From Armatimonadota bacterium (lineage in GTDB: Bacteria > Armatimonadota > Fimbriimonadia > Fimbriimonadales > GBS-DC): DNA of 64,000 bases. Below the pieces are notes generated by a model, which saw nothing but the letters and a program-made list of their open reading frames with translations, searched no databases and was not told the origin of the DNA. The stretch spans positions 96,001 to 160,000 of the forward strand of contig JBBIJY010000002.1 of the NCBI GenBank assembly GCA_037445735.1, given 5' to 3'. Position numbers and translations under genes: made by a program. The first letter of the stretch is position 1; every line of letters starts with the position of its first letter. This document shows positions 47,743 through 57,644 of this stretch, one piece after another.

Positions 47743-50237
47743 AAATCCCGGAGCTATCGGTTGTGGTGCTGGTGGGGGCGTCGGCGTCGGGCAAAAGCAC
47801 CTTCGCCCGCCGATGGTTCGCACCGACCGAAATCCTCTCTTCGGACGCCTGCCGCGCGATGGTCGCTGACAACGAGAATGACCAGAGCGCGACACCGCTG
47901 GCGTTCGAGATATTGCACGCCATCCTCGCCAGGCGGCTGGAGTTCGGCAAGCTCGCCGTGATCGACGCCACCAACCTTTATCGCGAGGATCGCCAGCCGT
48001 ACATCGAGCTGGCGCGTCGGTATCATGCCATCCCTGTCGCGATTGTGCTGGCGCTGCCCGAATCGGTCTGCCTCCAGCGCAATCGCGAGCGCACGGATCG
48101 ACAGCTGCGCGAGGCGGTCATTCGCGCGCATGGGCGAGCGGTGCGCCAGTCGCTGCGCCAGCTGGAGCGGGAGGGCTTCCGCTATGTGTATATCCTGCGC
48201 ACGCCGGAAGAGGTGGACGCCGCCGAGATCGTGCGCGTGCCTCTGCGCCCCAACCGCCATCGCGACGACGCCGGTCCGTTCGACATCATCGGCGATGTTC
48301 ACGGCTGCTACGACGAGCTGGTTCGCCTTCTGCAAACGCTCGGCTGGCGAACGGAGGGCGACTGCCCCATTCATCCCGACGGGCGCAAAGCAATATTTGT
48401 GGGCGACCTGGTCGATCGCGGTCCGAACTCGGTGGGCGTGCTGCAGCTGGTGATGCGCATGGTGGAGGCGGGTGTCGCCTACGCCATCCCGGGCAACCAC
48501 GACAACAAGCTCCTGCGCTACCTGTGGGGGCGCAAGGTGCAGGTCTCGCACGGGCTGGAGCGCACGCTCGCCGAGCTGGAGCATCAGCCCGAACCGTTTC
48601 GCGACGCCGTGCGCCAGTTTCTGGAGAACCTGCCGAGCCATCTCGTGCTGGACAGCGAACGGCTGGTGGTCACGCACGCGGGCATCAAGCCCGAATATAT
48701 CGGTCGCTCCTCGCCCGCCATCCGCGACTACTGCCTGTACGGCGAGACCACAGGCGAGAGCGACGAGTTCGGGCTGCCGATACGGGTCAACTGGGCGGCG
48801 GACTATCGCGGCAGCGCGCTGGTGGTGTACGGGCACATGCCGAACCCTGAACCGCTGTGGCAGAACAACACGGTGAACATCGACACAGGTTGCGTGTTCG
48901 GCGGCAGGCTGACCGCCCTGCGCTACCCGGAACGGGAGACGGTCAGCATCCCCGCAGCGCAGGTCTACTATCAGCCGTTGCGCCCGACGGCTGATCGGGG
49001 CGCGGTCGCACGCATGCCCATCCTGCGCATCGAGGACGCGCTCGGCAAGCAATATATCGCCACGCGCCTGCACGGCACCATCCTGTTGCGAGCGGAGCAG
49101 ACCGCGCCCGCCCTGGAGACGCTCAGCCGATTCGGAGTCGACCCGCGCTGGGTGGTCTACCTGCCGCCGACGATGGCGCCCGTCGACACCGCGAACGAAC
49201 CCGACCTGCTGGAGCATCCCGATGAGGCGTTCGCCTACTATCGCCATCTGGGCGTGGCGCAGGTCGTGTGCGAGCAGAAGCACATGGGTTCGCGCGCGGT
49301 GGTGATTGTGTGCCGCGATAGCGCAACTCCACGCCGACGCTTCGGCGTCCCGACCGAGGTGCCCGGTGTCATCTACACGCGCACAGGACGGCGATTCTTC
49401 AACAACAGCGCGTGGGAGCATGCCGTTCTCCAGCACCTGCAGGACGCCATCCAGAAGGCGGGACTCTGGGATGAACTGCGAACCGACTGGCTGATTCTGG
49501 ACGCCGAGCTGATGCCCTGGTCAGCGAAGGCGCAGGAGCTGCTCAGTCAGCAGTACGCGCCGACGGCGGCCGCAGGTATTACTGCGCTGCAGCACGCGCT
49601 CGCGATAGCGCCTGACGAGCTGAAGCCCAACCTGCAGGCGCGACTGGAGTGCCTCCTGCGCTATCGCGACGCCTATCGCCACTACTGCTGGCAGGTGAAC
49701 AGCCCTGACGACCTGCGCCTCGCGCCGTTCCACCTGATGGCGAGCGAGGGACGGGTCTATGCCGACCAGCCGCACACATGGCATCTGGAGCAGATTGCCC
49801 GCCTGTGCGCCGCCGGGCAGGAACTGGGCAAAGCCATCCTTCAGCCGACCGAATGGAAGCAGGTGGACACCACCGACGCCCACAGCCAGGCAGAGGCAAT
49901 CCGATGGTTTCTGGACTACACGGGGTCGGGCGGCGAGGGCATCGTGGTCAAGCCGCTGGCGTTCACCGTTCGCGCCGGGCGCGGGCTGGTTCAACCTGCG
50001 CTCAAGGTGCGCGGGCGCGAGTACCTGCGCATCATCTACGGCGCGGAATACACCCTGCACCTCGAATCGCTGCGCGAGCGGGCGGTGGGTCGCAAGCGTG
50101 CGCTCGCCCTGCGCGAGTTCGCGCTCGGCATCGAGGCGCTGGAGCGATTCGTCCGCTATGAGCCGCTGCCGCGCGTCCATCAGTGCGTGCTGGGCATCCT
50201 GGCGCTGGAAGCCGAGCCTGTCGACCCCCGCCTGTGA
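47733..50237 (+). CDS. pnkp: Polynucleotide kinase-phosphatase-ligase Pnkp (bacterial RNA repair)
   Basis: GASASGKST kinase P-loop, GDVHG/GDLVDRG/GNHD metallophosphoesterase motifs, EQKHMGSR ligase motif I. Overlaps the hen1 3' end. Confidence 0.95.
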   Translation: MRIEIPELSVVVLVGASASGKSTFARRWFAPTEILSSDACRAMVADNENDQSATPLAFEILHAILARRLEFGKLAVIDATNLYREDRQPYIELARRYHAIPVAIVLALPESVCLQRNRERTDRQLREAVIRAHGRAVRQSLRQLEREGFRYVYILRTPEEVDAAEIVRVPLRPNRHRDDAGPFDIIGDVHGCYDELVRLLQTLGWRTEGDCPIHPDGRKAIFVGDLVDRGPNSVGVLQLVMRMVEAGVAYAIPGNHDNKLLRYLWGRKVQVSHGLERTLAELEHQPEPFRDAVRQFLENLPSHLVLDSERLVVTHAGIKPEYIGRSSPAIRDYCLYGETTGESDEFGLPIRVNWAADYRGSALVVYGHMPNPEPLWQNNTVNIDTGCVFGGRLTALRYPERETVSIPAAQVYYQPLRPTADRGAVARMPILRIEDALGKQYIATRLHGTILLRAEQTAPALETLSRFGVDPRWVVYLPPTMAPVDTANEPDLLEHPDEAFAYYRHLGVAQVVCEQKHMGSRAVVIVCRDSATPRRRFGVPTEVPGVIYTRTGRRFFNNSAWEHAVLQHLQDAIQKAGLWDELRTDWLILDAELMPWSAKAQELLSQQYAPTAAAGITALQHALAIAPDELKPNLQARLECLLRYRDAYRHYCWQVNSPDDLRLAPFHLMASEGRVYADQPHTWHLEQIARLCAAGQELGKAILQPTEWKQVDTTDAHSQAEAIRWFLDYTGSGGEGIVVKPLAFTVRAGRGLVQPALKVRGREYLRIIYGAEYTLHLESLRERAVGRKRALALREFALGIEALERFVRYEPLPRVHQCVLGILALEAEPVDPRL

Positions 50238-50273
50238 GCAGGAAACCCATAAAGCCGTGCCTGTGCCAGCGAA

Positions 50274-50320
50274 TCAGACCCCCCTCTCCCGCAGCGTGGG
50301 AGAGGGGCTGGGGGTGAGGG
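50274..50320. repeat. REP-like element, 47 bp, identical to 51331-51377
   Basis: tcagacccccctctcccgcagcgtgggagaggggctgggggtgaggg occurs at both sites in the same orientation. Confidence 0.9.
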
Positions 50321-50326
50321 ATTGCA

Positions 50327-50773
50327 TCAGGGAGTCAACTCCTTCACAACAACAATTGACACCTCCTGTACTCTTTTCAATTCTGTATCATTTGTGAGAA
50401 AGGCGGTGCAGTTCGCCTGCAGCGCTGTAGCAATTTGTAAAGCATCGGGCAATTCTATACCGTATCGCGCACGCAGTTGAGCCGCAAGGCGACCAATGCG
50501 CTCATCCTGTAAAACAAACTCCACATTCGCTCCGTACACAATCAGGTCAAAATAATCTCTTTGAAGATCGGTTAACCCCCGAAGGTAGGGATGAACCAGA
50601 CACTCCGCCAGCGTAATCACTGAGGTGATCGCTGTAATATCACCTGCGTCAATAGCTTGAAACAGCGGGGACACCAGCCCGTAATAGAGCGGGTGCTTCT
50701 CCGCGTAGTAGATGATGGGGGCTGTGTCGAGAAACACGCGCGACAGGTCTGGAAGCAGGTCAGCTATTCGCAC
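50327..50773 (-). CDS. vapC: PIN-domain (VapC-like) toxin
   Basis: VFLDTAPIIY, SVITLAEC, LPDALQIATA, FLTND acidic residues of the PIN fold. Confidence 0.85.
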   Translation of the reverse strand: MRIADLLPDLSRVFLDTAPIIYYAEKHPLYYGLVSPLFQAIDAGDITAITSVITLAECLVHPYLRGLTDLQRDYFDLIVYGANVEFVLQDERIGRLAAQLRARYGIELPDALQIATALQANCTAFLTNDTELKRVQEVSIVVVKELTP

Positions 50774-51012
50774 TCTTTATCCTCCAGCAGCTGTTCGCGC
50801 TTGTGGGAGGATTCGCGCCTTGTGCGCGAGACCCACTGCTGGGCATCCTCACCGACGAGCGGATAGGGCGCTTTGCCAGCAATCTCTGCCCACTTGCGAC
50901 GCGGTTGCACCCCGCTAATCTGGCGATGCAGATAAGCCATCAGCTCCCGCAACTCGTCAGGGCTGAGCTGCTTGATTGCCTCCATCAGGTGTTCCAGAGC
51001 TGGTGTTGCCAT
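50764..51012 (-). CDS. Putative antitoxin paired with the PIN toxin
   Basis: 82-aa ORF overlapping the toxin start; GGAGG RBS and upstream TATAAT (51032-51037, minus strand). Confidence 0.7.
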   Translation of the reverse strand: MATPALEHLMEAIKQLSPDELRELMAYLHRQISGVQPRRKWAEIAGKAPYPLVGEDAQQWVSRTRRESSHKREQLLEDKECE

Positions 51013-51103
51013 GACATTGCCTCCATAGAGGATTATACCCTTTGCGCCTGAAAGGCGAGCAGGATTAAGTTAGCCCCCTTTTCACGGCGCGAGAGTCTTG
51101 CTC

Positions 51104-51378
51104 CCTCACCCGCAGGCGGGGCGAGGGCGAATGAACCCCCTCGCCCCAAGCCTGGGGCGAGGGCGAATGAACTCCCTCTCCCCAAGCCTGTGGAGAGGGT
51201 TGGGGGTGAGGGGTTTCCTGCAGGCGTGAGACACTTAGCCCCCTCACCCGTACCCTCTCCCCCTTTGGGGGAGAGGGCTTCAGACCCCCCTCTCCCCAAG
51301 CCTTGGGAGAGGGGGCTGGGGGTGAGAGCTTCAGACCCCCCTCTCCCGCAGCGTGGGAGAGGGGCTGGGGGTGAGGGC
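51104..51378. repeat. Cluster of about six REP-like palindromes (BIME-like)
   Basis: Successive CCCTC(T/G)CCC...GGG(A/C)GAGGG hairpins with GGGGGTGAGGG tails. Confidence 0.85.
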
Positions 51379-51388
51379 AAATACTCCC

Positions 51389-51784
51389 TCACTGCGCGCC
51401 TGATAGCTCGCTCGGTAGCACCACAGCGAAGCCGCCATACGCCAGCACCGCCTCCACAGCGGGCAGGTCGCGCTCGGTGAACTCACCCAGCAGCACATAG
51501 TAGCTCGGCTGCAGCTGCTGCAGAAGCGATACCAGCTCGTCTTCCGACACCCTCACCAGATAATCGATGGAGTCCAGCAGGGCGAGTTGCTCCGCCGTGG
51601 CAGTATCGCTCGTCAGCAGGGCGATAATCAGGCAATCGCCAAGGGCGCGCGCTCGCTGCAGAAGGGTTGTCATCGCTGCGGACGGCTCCAGCCGCACGGG
51701 AGCCAGCACCACGACCCGATCCGCCTGCTTCAGTTCGGCGACCGCAGCCTGCAGCTGCTCTACAGACACGATTCTGGGGTTCAT
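51389..51784 (-). CDS. Degenerate cytidylyltransferase-like protein (RfaE domain II-like) lacking the HxGH motif
   Basis: LLQRARALGDCLIIAL, LALLDSIDYLV and LQQLQPSYYV follow the RfaE-II pattern. Start at ATG 51784. Confidence 0.55.
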   Translation of the reverse strand: MNPRIVSVEQLQAAVAELKQADRVVVLAPVRLEPSAAMTTLLQRARALGDCLIIALLTSDTATAEQLALLDSIDYLVRVSEDELVSLLQQLQPSYYVLLGEFTERDLPAVEAVLAYGGFAVVLPSELSGAQ

Positions 51785-51822
51785 CGGCAGCGCGCCCCGT
51801 TCGGTATTATACCGAGCCAGCG

Positions 51823-52674
51823 ATGCGGGTGGGCGAGGCATTGCAGGAGGGGTCAGGGCGATTGGCGGCGGCAGGCATACCCGACGCGGAGCGCGAGGCG
51901 GAGCTGCTGCTCGCCGCCTGCCTGCGACGCGATCGGGCATGGCTGCACGCCCATCCAGAGCAGGTGCTTCAGCCCGCTGAACAGCGTCGCTGGGAGCGAT
52001 GGCTGACCCGCCGCGCACGACGCGAGCCGCTGGCGTACATCACCCATCGCCGCTGGTTCTACGGAATCGAGCTCACGGTGGCGCGGGGCGTGCTGATACC
52101 CCGACCGGAGACGGAACTGCTGGTGGAGCGGTTCCTGCGCTGGGCGGCAGAGCGAGGCACGGCGGGCGTGCTGGTGGATGCGGGCACAGGCAGCGGATGC
52201 ATCGCGGCGGCGTGCCTGCTGAACGCGCCACACTGGTGCGGGATCGGCATCGATCGGAGCCGTCGGGCGCTCCGTATCGCGGCTCGCAATCGCGCCCAAC
52301 TGGGACTCTGCCGGCGGTGGCTGCTGGTTCAGGCGGACTGGCTGACCGCCCTGCGCCCTTTCAGCGTCGACGCGGTGCTGGCGAACCCGCCCTATGTGCT
52401 ACCCGACGAGTGGGCGCAGCTGGCGCCCGAGATCACGCGCTATGAGTCGAAACGCGCCCTGCTGCTGTCGCGCCGCGAACCGCTACAACCCTATCGCCAG
52501 CTCATCCAGCAGGCGCGACAGGTGCTGAAACCGAACAGCGTGCTGATTCTGGAGACCAGCCCGACGCTGGCAGATTCAGTGGCAGCCATGCTCGCGCAGC
52601 ACGGCTATCGGCAGATCCAGATCGATGCTGACCTCGCGGGGCTGCCGCGCGTCGTCAGCGCGGTTCAACCCTAA
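51823..52674 (+). CDS. prmC: Release factor glutamine methyltransferase PrmC/HemK
   Basis: REPLAYI, VLIPRPETELLVE, DAGTGSGCIA, NPPY. Confidence 0.9.
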   Translation: MRVGEALQEGSGRLAAAGIPDAEREAELLLAACLRRDRAWLHAHPEQVLQPAEQRRWERWLTRRARREPLAYITHRRWFYGIELTVARGVLIPRPETELLVERFLRWAAERGTAGVLVDAGTGSGCIAAACLLNAPHWCGIGIDRSRRALRIAARNRAQLGLCRRWLLVQADWLTALRPFSVDAVLANPPYVLPDEWAQLAPEITRYESKRALLLSRREPLQPYRQLIQQARQVLKPNSVLILETSPTLADSVAAMLAQHGYRQIQIDADLAGLPRVVSAVQP

Positions 52675-53852
52675 ATCAGCCCCTGCTGAACCAGCTGCTC
52701 GGCATTTTCGATGTTGCGGGCGACCTCGTTCAGGAACTCCGCGCCGCCCACGCCATTAATCAGGCGATGGTCAAAGGTCAGCACCAGGTTCACATGGGGC
52801 ACGCCATCGATGGGGAAGGTATCGCCCGCGAACAGGATTGCCACCGCGGGCGCGACCAGCACCGGTATCGCGTCGATCATCTGATAGCCGCCCATGTAGG
52901 TCAGCAGCAGCTGGATGGAGGCGTCCGCCTGATCCTCGCCCTGCCGCGCGCGCCGAATCTGTGCCTGCACCGCGCGGATGAAGCTCACAAAGTCGAGCGC
53001 GGACGCCTCTTTGACCAGCGCGGTGACCAGCTCGTCGCCCGGTCGCGCGACGGCGATACCGAGGTTCACATGCTTATATTCGCGCAGGGTGTCCTCCCCA
53101 ATCAGCTGGGAGCGGAACCTGGGGTGGTTGCGCGTTGCCTGCACCACGCAGTAGGCGAACACCTGAAACTCGGAGGGCTGTACGGGCGCGTTCGGTTGCG
53201 ATTTGAGCTGGCTGACCACGCGCTGGATGGCATCCCAGCGGGCGGGGCGCTTCAGCGTGGCAGGCACCACCACCTGACTGCTGCGCTTGACCCGATAGAG
53301 GAAGGTACGCTGCTGCGGCGCGAGCGGGTAGTCAATATATTCGGCTTCGGCGACCGCTGCGGAGCGCGTGGCGAGATAGGCGTCGATATCTTCGGGCATG
53401 AGCTTGGTGCCATTTGCAGCGGGGATACGGCGCAGCTCCTCTTCCGAGATGCCTTTCTCGCGGGCGTAGGCGCGCGTGCGAGGCGGAATGACCACATCGG
53501 TGCGGGGTCCCATCAACAGGGGTTCGCGGGGCGGTGCAGCGACGGTCTCCACTGCAGCGCTCGCTTCGGCGGCAGGCGCGGCGGGCGTCGCAACGGGTGC
53601 CTCCACAGCGCCCTCCACCTCGATGCGGGCAATCGGCGCGCCAATCGGCAAAATGTCGCCCTCCTTCGCCAGCCACTCCACAATCACGCCGCTGTAGGGG
53701 CTTTCCACCTCCAGCGTGGCTTTGTCGGTCTCCATCTCGTAAAGATGCTCATCCCGCTGGACGCGCTCGCCCGGCTGCTTCAAAAAGCGCAGTACGCGCA
53801 CCTCCTGCAAGCCCTCGCCCATCTGCGGCACCAGAATCTCCACAATCGCCAT
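52671..53852 (-). CDS. 2-oxoacid dehydrogenase complex E2 (dihydrolipoamide acyltransferase)-like protein
   Basis: Lipoyl motif ETDKA, peripheral-subunit-binding-like PRTRAYAREKGI, catalytic FDHRLING. Confidence 0.8.
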   Translation of the reverse strand: MAIVEILVPQMGEGLQEVRVLRFLKQPGERVQRDEHLYEMETDKATLEVESPYSGVIVEWLAKEGDILPIGAPIARIEVEGAVEAPVATPAAPAAEASAAVETVAAPPREPLLMGPRTDVVIPPRTRAYAREKGISEEELRRIPAANGTKLMPEDIDAYLATRSAAVAEAEYIDYPLAPQQRTFLYRVKRSSQVVVPATLKRPARWDAIQRVVSQLKSQPNAPVQPSEFQVFAYCVVQATRNHPRFRSQLIGEDTLREYKHVNLGIAVARPGDELVTALVKEASALDFVSFIRAVQAQIRRARQGEDQADASIQLLLTYMGGYQMIDAIPVLVAPAVAILFAGDTFPIDGVPHVNLVLTFDHRLINGVGGAEFLNEVARNIENAEQLVQQGLI

Positions 53853-53897
53853 CGTTTCTGCCCTCCATTGCGATGGTATATTGTACCCGCTTTCCCC

Positions 53898-54266
53898 CTA
53901 TGGCGAACTCCCTCGCCGAATACGCACGCGAGTCGGCTCAAGAATGGTCAGGTTACCCTCGCACTGATCTATCCACTCCGATTCAAGCCAGCTCCGAATC
54001 AGTTGATGGATTTGCGCCGCACTTACGGCGGATGGTAAGCGCAACACCACAATGCCTGAATAGGCATCTGGGGGATAATTGCGCACATCGGCAAACCCCA
54101 GATCGCCACTAATTAAACACAGGTTATTGCGCTGCGCGTAAGCTGCTATCTCCTCGTCAGGAGCGGCTCGTAAGCCCACATCCCGCACATGAAAGGCTTC
54201 ATGCCCATACTGCTGGAACAGGTTCACCAGCGAGCGCGGTAAATCTTCGTCAATCAAGAAGCGCAT
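53898..54266 (-). CDS. DUF5615 PIN-like protein (putative toxin)
   Basis: MRFLIDEDLP, HVRDVGL...PDEEI, ISGDLGF. Confidence 0.85.
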   Translation of the reverse strand: MRFLIDEDLPRSLVNLFQQYGHEAFHVRDVGLRAAPDEEIAAYAQRNNLCLISGDLGFADVRNYPPDAYSGIVVLRLPSAVSAAQIHQLIRSWLESEWIDQCEGNLTILEPTRVRIRRGSSP

Positions 54267-54270
54267 CTGT

Positions 54271-54501
54271 CTACGGTTTCGCTGGCTGTAAGGGATAGAA
54301 CAGTTCGCTATCTATCAATTCGGCAGCAAACTGCAAGGCTGCCCGGATATCCTCTTCGCTCAGCCCATATTCCTCCATGACTTCTTCAAAGCGCATCCCA
54401 CTGGCTAAAGCGCCCAGCACACGCGCCACAGGCACTCGCGTGCCCGCAATCACCGGTTTTCCGTGCTGAATGCGCGGATCAATCTGGATGCGTGTTCCCA
54501 T
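54271..54501 (-). CDS. DUF433 domain protein (putative antitoxin)
   Basis: DPRIQHGKPVIAGTRVPV...LSEEDIRAAL. Confidence 0.9.
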   Translation of the reverse strand: MGTRIQIDPRIQHGKPVIAGTRVPVARVLGALASGMRFEEVMEEYGLSEEDIRAALQFAAELIDSELFYPLQPAKP

Positions 54502-54519
54502 CAGCGATCACCCACGCCA

Positions 54520-54541
54520 AGTATACCCCATCGGGTATACT
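54520..54541. promoter_or_regulatory. 9-bp inverted repeat carrying divergent -10 boxes (candidate TA operator)
   Basis: AGTATACCC-CATC-GGGTATACT; TATACT is present on each strand. Confidence 0.55.
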
Positions 54542-54559
54542 CTTTCGCGGAGGGAAACA

Positions 54560-55336
54560 ATGCGAACCATAATCGTTGCGATGGCAGCAGCTTTACTGAT
54601 CAGCGGTCTGCCCGCCCAGGACGCCAAAGCGTTCCTGAAGCAGGTGCAGCAAAAGTATCGCCAGATGAAGTCGATGGAAGCCACCGTCGTCATCAATTTT
54701 CAAGCCAGCGGCGGCAGCACCCCCATGAAGCAGCAGGCGCGTTCCTCGCTGGCAATTCAAAAACCGAACAAGGTGGCAATGAAATCTTCGGGCGGATCAC
54801 CAATGGCACAGCAAGAGGTCTATTCCGACGGCAAGGATCTCTTTATCTACATGCCCGCAATGAAGCAGTATCTCAAGCGACCTGCCCCAGCTAACTTCGA
54901 TGGTCCAGCCGCCGGCCTGCTCGGTTATCTTGGCATGCTGCTCGGCTTTGCGAACGAGAATCTGGACGATCCGAACTCGCGGGCGAAGTATGTGTTCAGG
55001 GGCAAGCGCACCATCGCGGGCAAGCCGACCCGAATTGTGGAGGTTACCGAGTCACGTCAGGGCATGAGCGCGAAAATACGCCTGTTTGTGGGCGAGCAGG
55101 ATAAGCTCATCTATCGGCTGGAGATGGAGCAGCAGCTGCAGCAGGCGGCTGGTCAGCAGGGTCAACCTGCGCGACCGAGCCGGATAACCCTGCAGGCAGA
55201 CATCCGCTATATCAGCTTCAATAAGCCCATCCCTGCCAGCCGATTCAAGTTCACCCCACCGAAGGGCACCACCGAGATGCAGATGCCCCGACCCAGCGGA
55301 GCGCCGATGACCCCACCCGGTGGCGGCGGACGATAA
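54560..55336 (+). CDS. Secreted LolA-like / DUF2092-like protein
   Basis: Signal peptide; IQKPNK, VYSDGKDLFIY.P.MKQY, F.FTPPKG C-terminal motif. Confidence 0.7.
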   Translation: MRTIIVAMAAALLISGLPAQDAKAFLKQVQQKYRQMKSMEATVVINFQASGGSTPMKQQARSSLAIQKPNKVAMKSSGGSPMAQQEVYSDGKDLFIYMPAMKQYLKRPAPANFDGPAAGLLGYLGMLLGFANENLDDPNSRAKYVFRGKRTIAGKPTRIVEVTESRQGMSAKIRLFVGEQDKLIYRLEMEQQLQQAAGQQGQPARPSRITLQADIRYISFNKPIPASRFKFTPPKGTTEMQMPRPSGAPMTPPGGGGR

Positions 55337-55352
55337 AACCCACAGGAGGTGA

Positions 55353-56372
<1,020 letters not shown>

Positions 56373-56404
56373 CAGAGCGGGTATGGCGGTATGCACCCCT
56401 CGCG

Positions 56405-57619
56405 ATGGTGGGGCTGCATATCGCGCTTGCGCTGCTTTATAATGCACGGACACCGTTCGGCAACAACGGCTACGCGAACACGCCCGATGAGGGCGCGCAC
56501 TTTCAGTATGTGGCATATGTGGCGCAGGCATGGCGCCTGCCCCTCTTTGCGGGCTATGCGGGGGTTGGCTATGAGGCGCACCAGCCTCCGCTCTACTACT
56601 TCCTAACGGCGGTTCTCTATCACCTTGTGGGCGGCGCGGGCAAGGGTGTGCGGCTGCTTTCAACCCTCTTCAGCGCGGGAGTCGTGTGGCTTACATGGCT
56701 GTGCGCCCGTCGCCTGCTGCCCGACCGACCGCTGATCGCCCTCACCGCGACAGGCTTCGTCGCCTTCCTGCCGATGCACATCGCGATTGGCAGCGCGGTG
56801 GGCAACGACGCGCTCACCAATCTGCTCTTTGCGGGGGTTCTCTATGGACTGCTGAAGCGTGGCTCCAGCAATCCAGAGCGTCAGGCGTTGTGGGTGGGCA
56901 TTCTCACAGGGCTGGCGCTGCTGACCAAAGCGACCGCGATATTGCTCCTGCCTGTTGTTGGGCTGGGCGTGCTGATTCAGGCGCGACTGGACGGCGCAGG
57001 CTGGCAGATGAGTGTGAGGCGGGCAGGTCTCGCGCTTCTGCCTGCCCTGCTGATTGGCGGCTGGTGGTTCATCCGTAATGCCCTGCTGTATGACGACCCG
57101 CTGCTGCAAAAAACCTTCCTGAATGTGTTCGCGGGCACGGCGAAGGCGCAGGACTTCCTGCAGGCGGGCATGAGCTGGGGCGACTACCTGCGCCTCGTGG
57201 CGGACTGGACTTTCCGCAGCTTCTGGTTTGCCTACGGCACGCCGCGCACGGCGAACACAGGCGCGCCAAACTTCCTGCCATTTGGCGGCGTCTATCTGGC
57301 GATGCTGGTGTGGCAGCTGCTCACACTGGCAGGGGTGGGGCGCGCCCTGCGCACGGTTCAGGAACCGTGCGCACGCTTCTGGCTGGCGCTGGGCGCGTTC
57401 ACTATCCTGCTGGTGTGTGTTAGCTTTGTGCTTTTCGTGCGCATCTTCTTTCAGGCGCAGGGACGATATTTTTACCCCGCGCTGATGCCGATAGCCATTT
57501 TCAGCGCGCTGGGCTGGGACGGACTGCTGCCCGACCGCTGGCGCACGCTGGGGCACCTCACGCTGATCGCTTTCTGGCTCTTACTCGCTCTTGCTTGCAG
57601 TCTGTATTTGAGCGCGTAA
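56405..57619 (+). CDS. GT-C-type membrane glycosyltransferase-like protein (ArnT/DUF2142-like)
   Basis: PDEGAH, YEAHQPPLYY, NDAL, GLALLTK, QGRY; multiple TM segments. Start uncertain (ORF track 56312). Confidence 0.7.
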   Translation: MVGLHIALALLYNARTPFGNNGYANTPDEGAHFQYVAYVAQAWRLPLFAGYAGVGYEAHQPPLYYFLTAVLYHLVGGAGKGVRLLSTLFSAGVVWLTWLCARRLLPDRPLIALTATGFVAFLPMHIAIGSAVGNDALTNLLFAGVLYGLLKRGSSNPERQALWVGILTGLALLTKATAILLLPVVGLGVLIQARLDGAGWQMSVRRAGLALLPALLIGGWWFIRNALLYDDPLLQKTFLNVFAGTAKAQDFLQAGMSWGDYLRLVADWTFRSFWFAYGTPRTANTGAPNFLPFGGVYLAMLVWQLLTLAGVGRALRTVQEPCARFWLALGAFTILLVCVSFVLFVRIFFQAQGRYFYPALMPIAIFSALGWDGLLPDRWRTLGHLTLIAFWLLLALACSLYLSA

Positions 57620-57644
57620 TCGCTGTCCTGAATGGACAGCGCGG

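Noticed and set aside
51104-51378. Possible CRISPR array
   Set aside because: Units vary in sequence and orientation, lack unique constant-length spacers, match dispersed REP-like copies elsewhere, and no cas genes are present.
51033-51480. ORFs 51033..51392, 51065..51247 and 51190..51480
   Set aside because: They are translations of the palindrome cluster (PSP/GRG/GEG repeats), not credible proteins.
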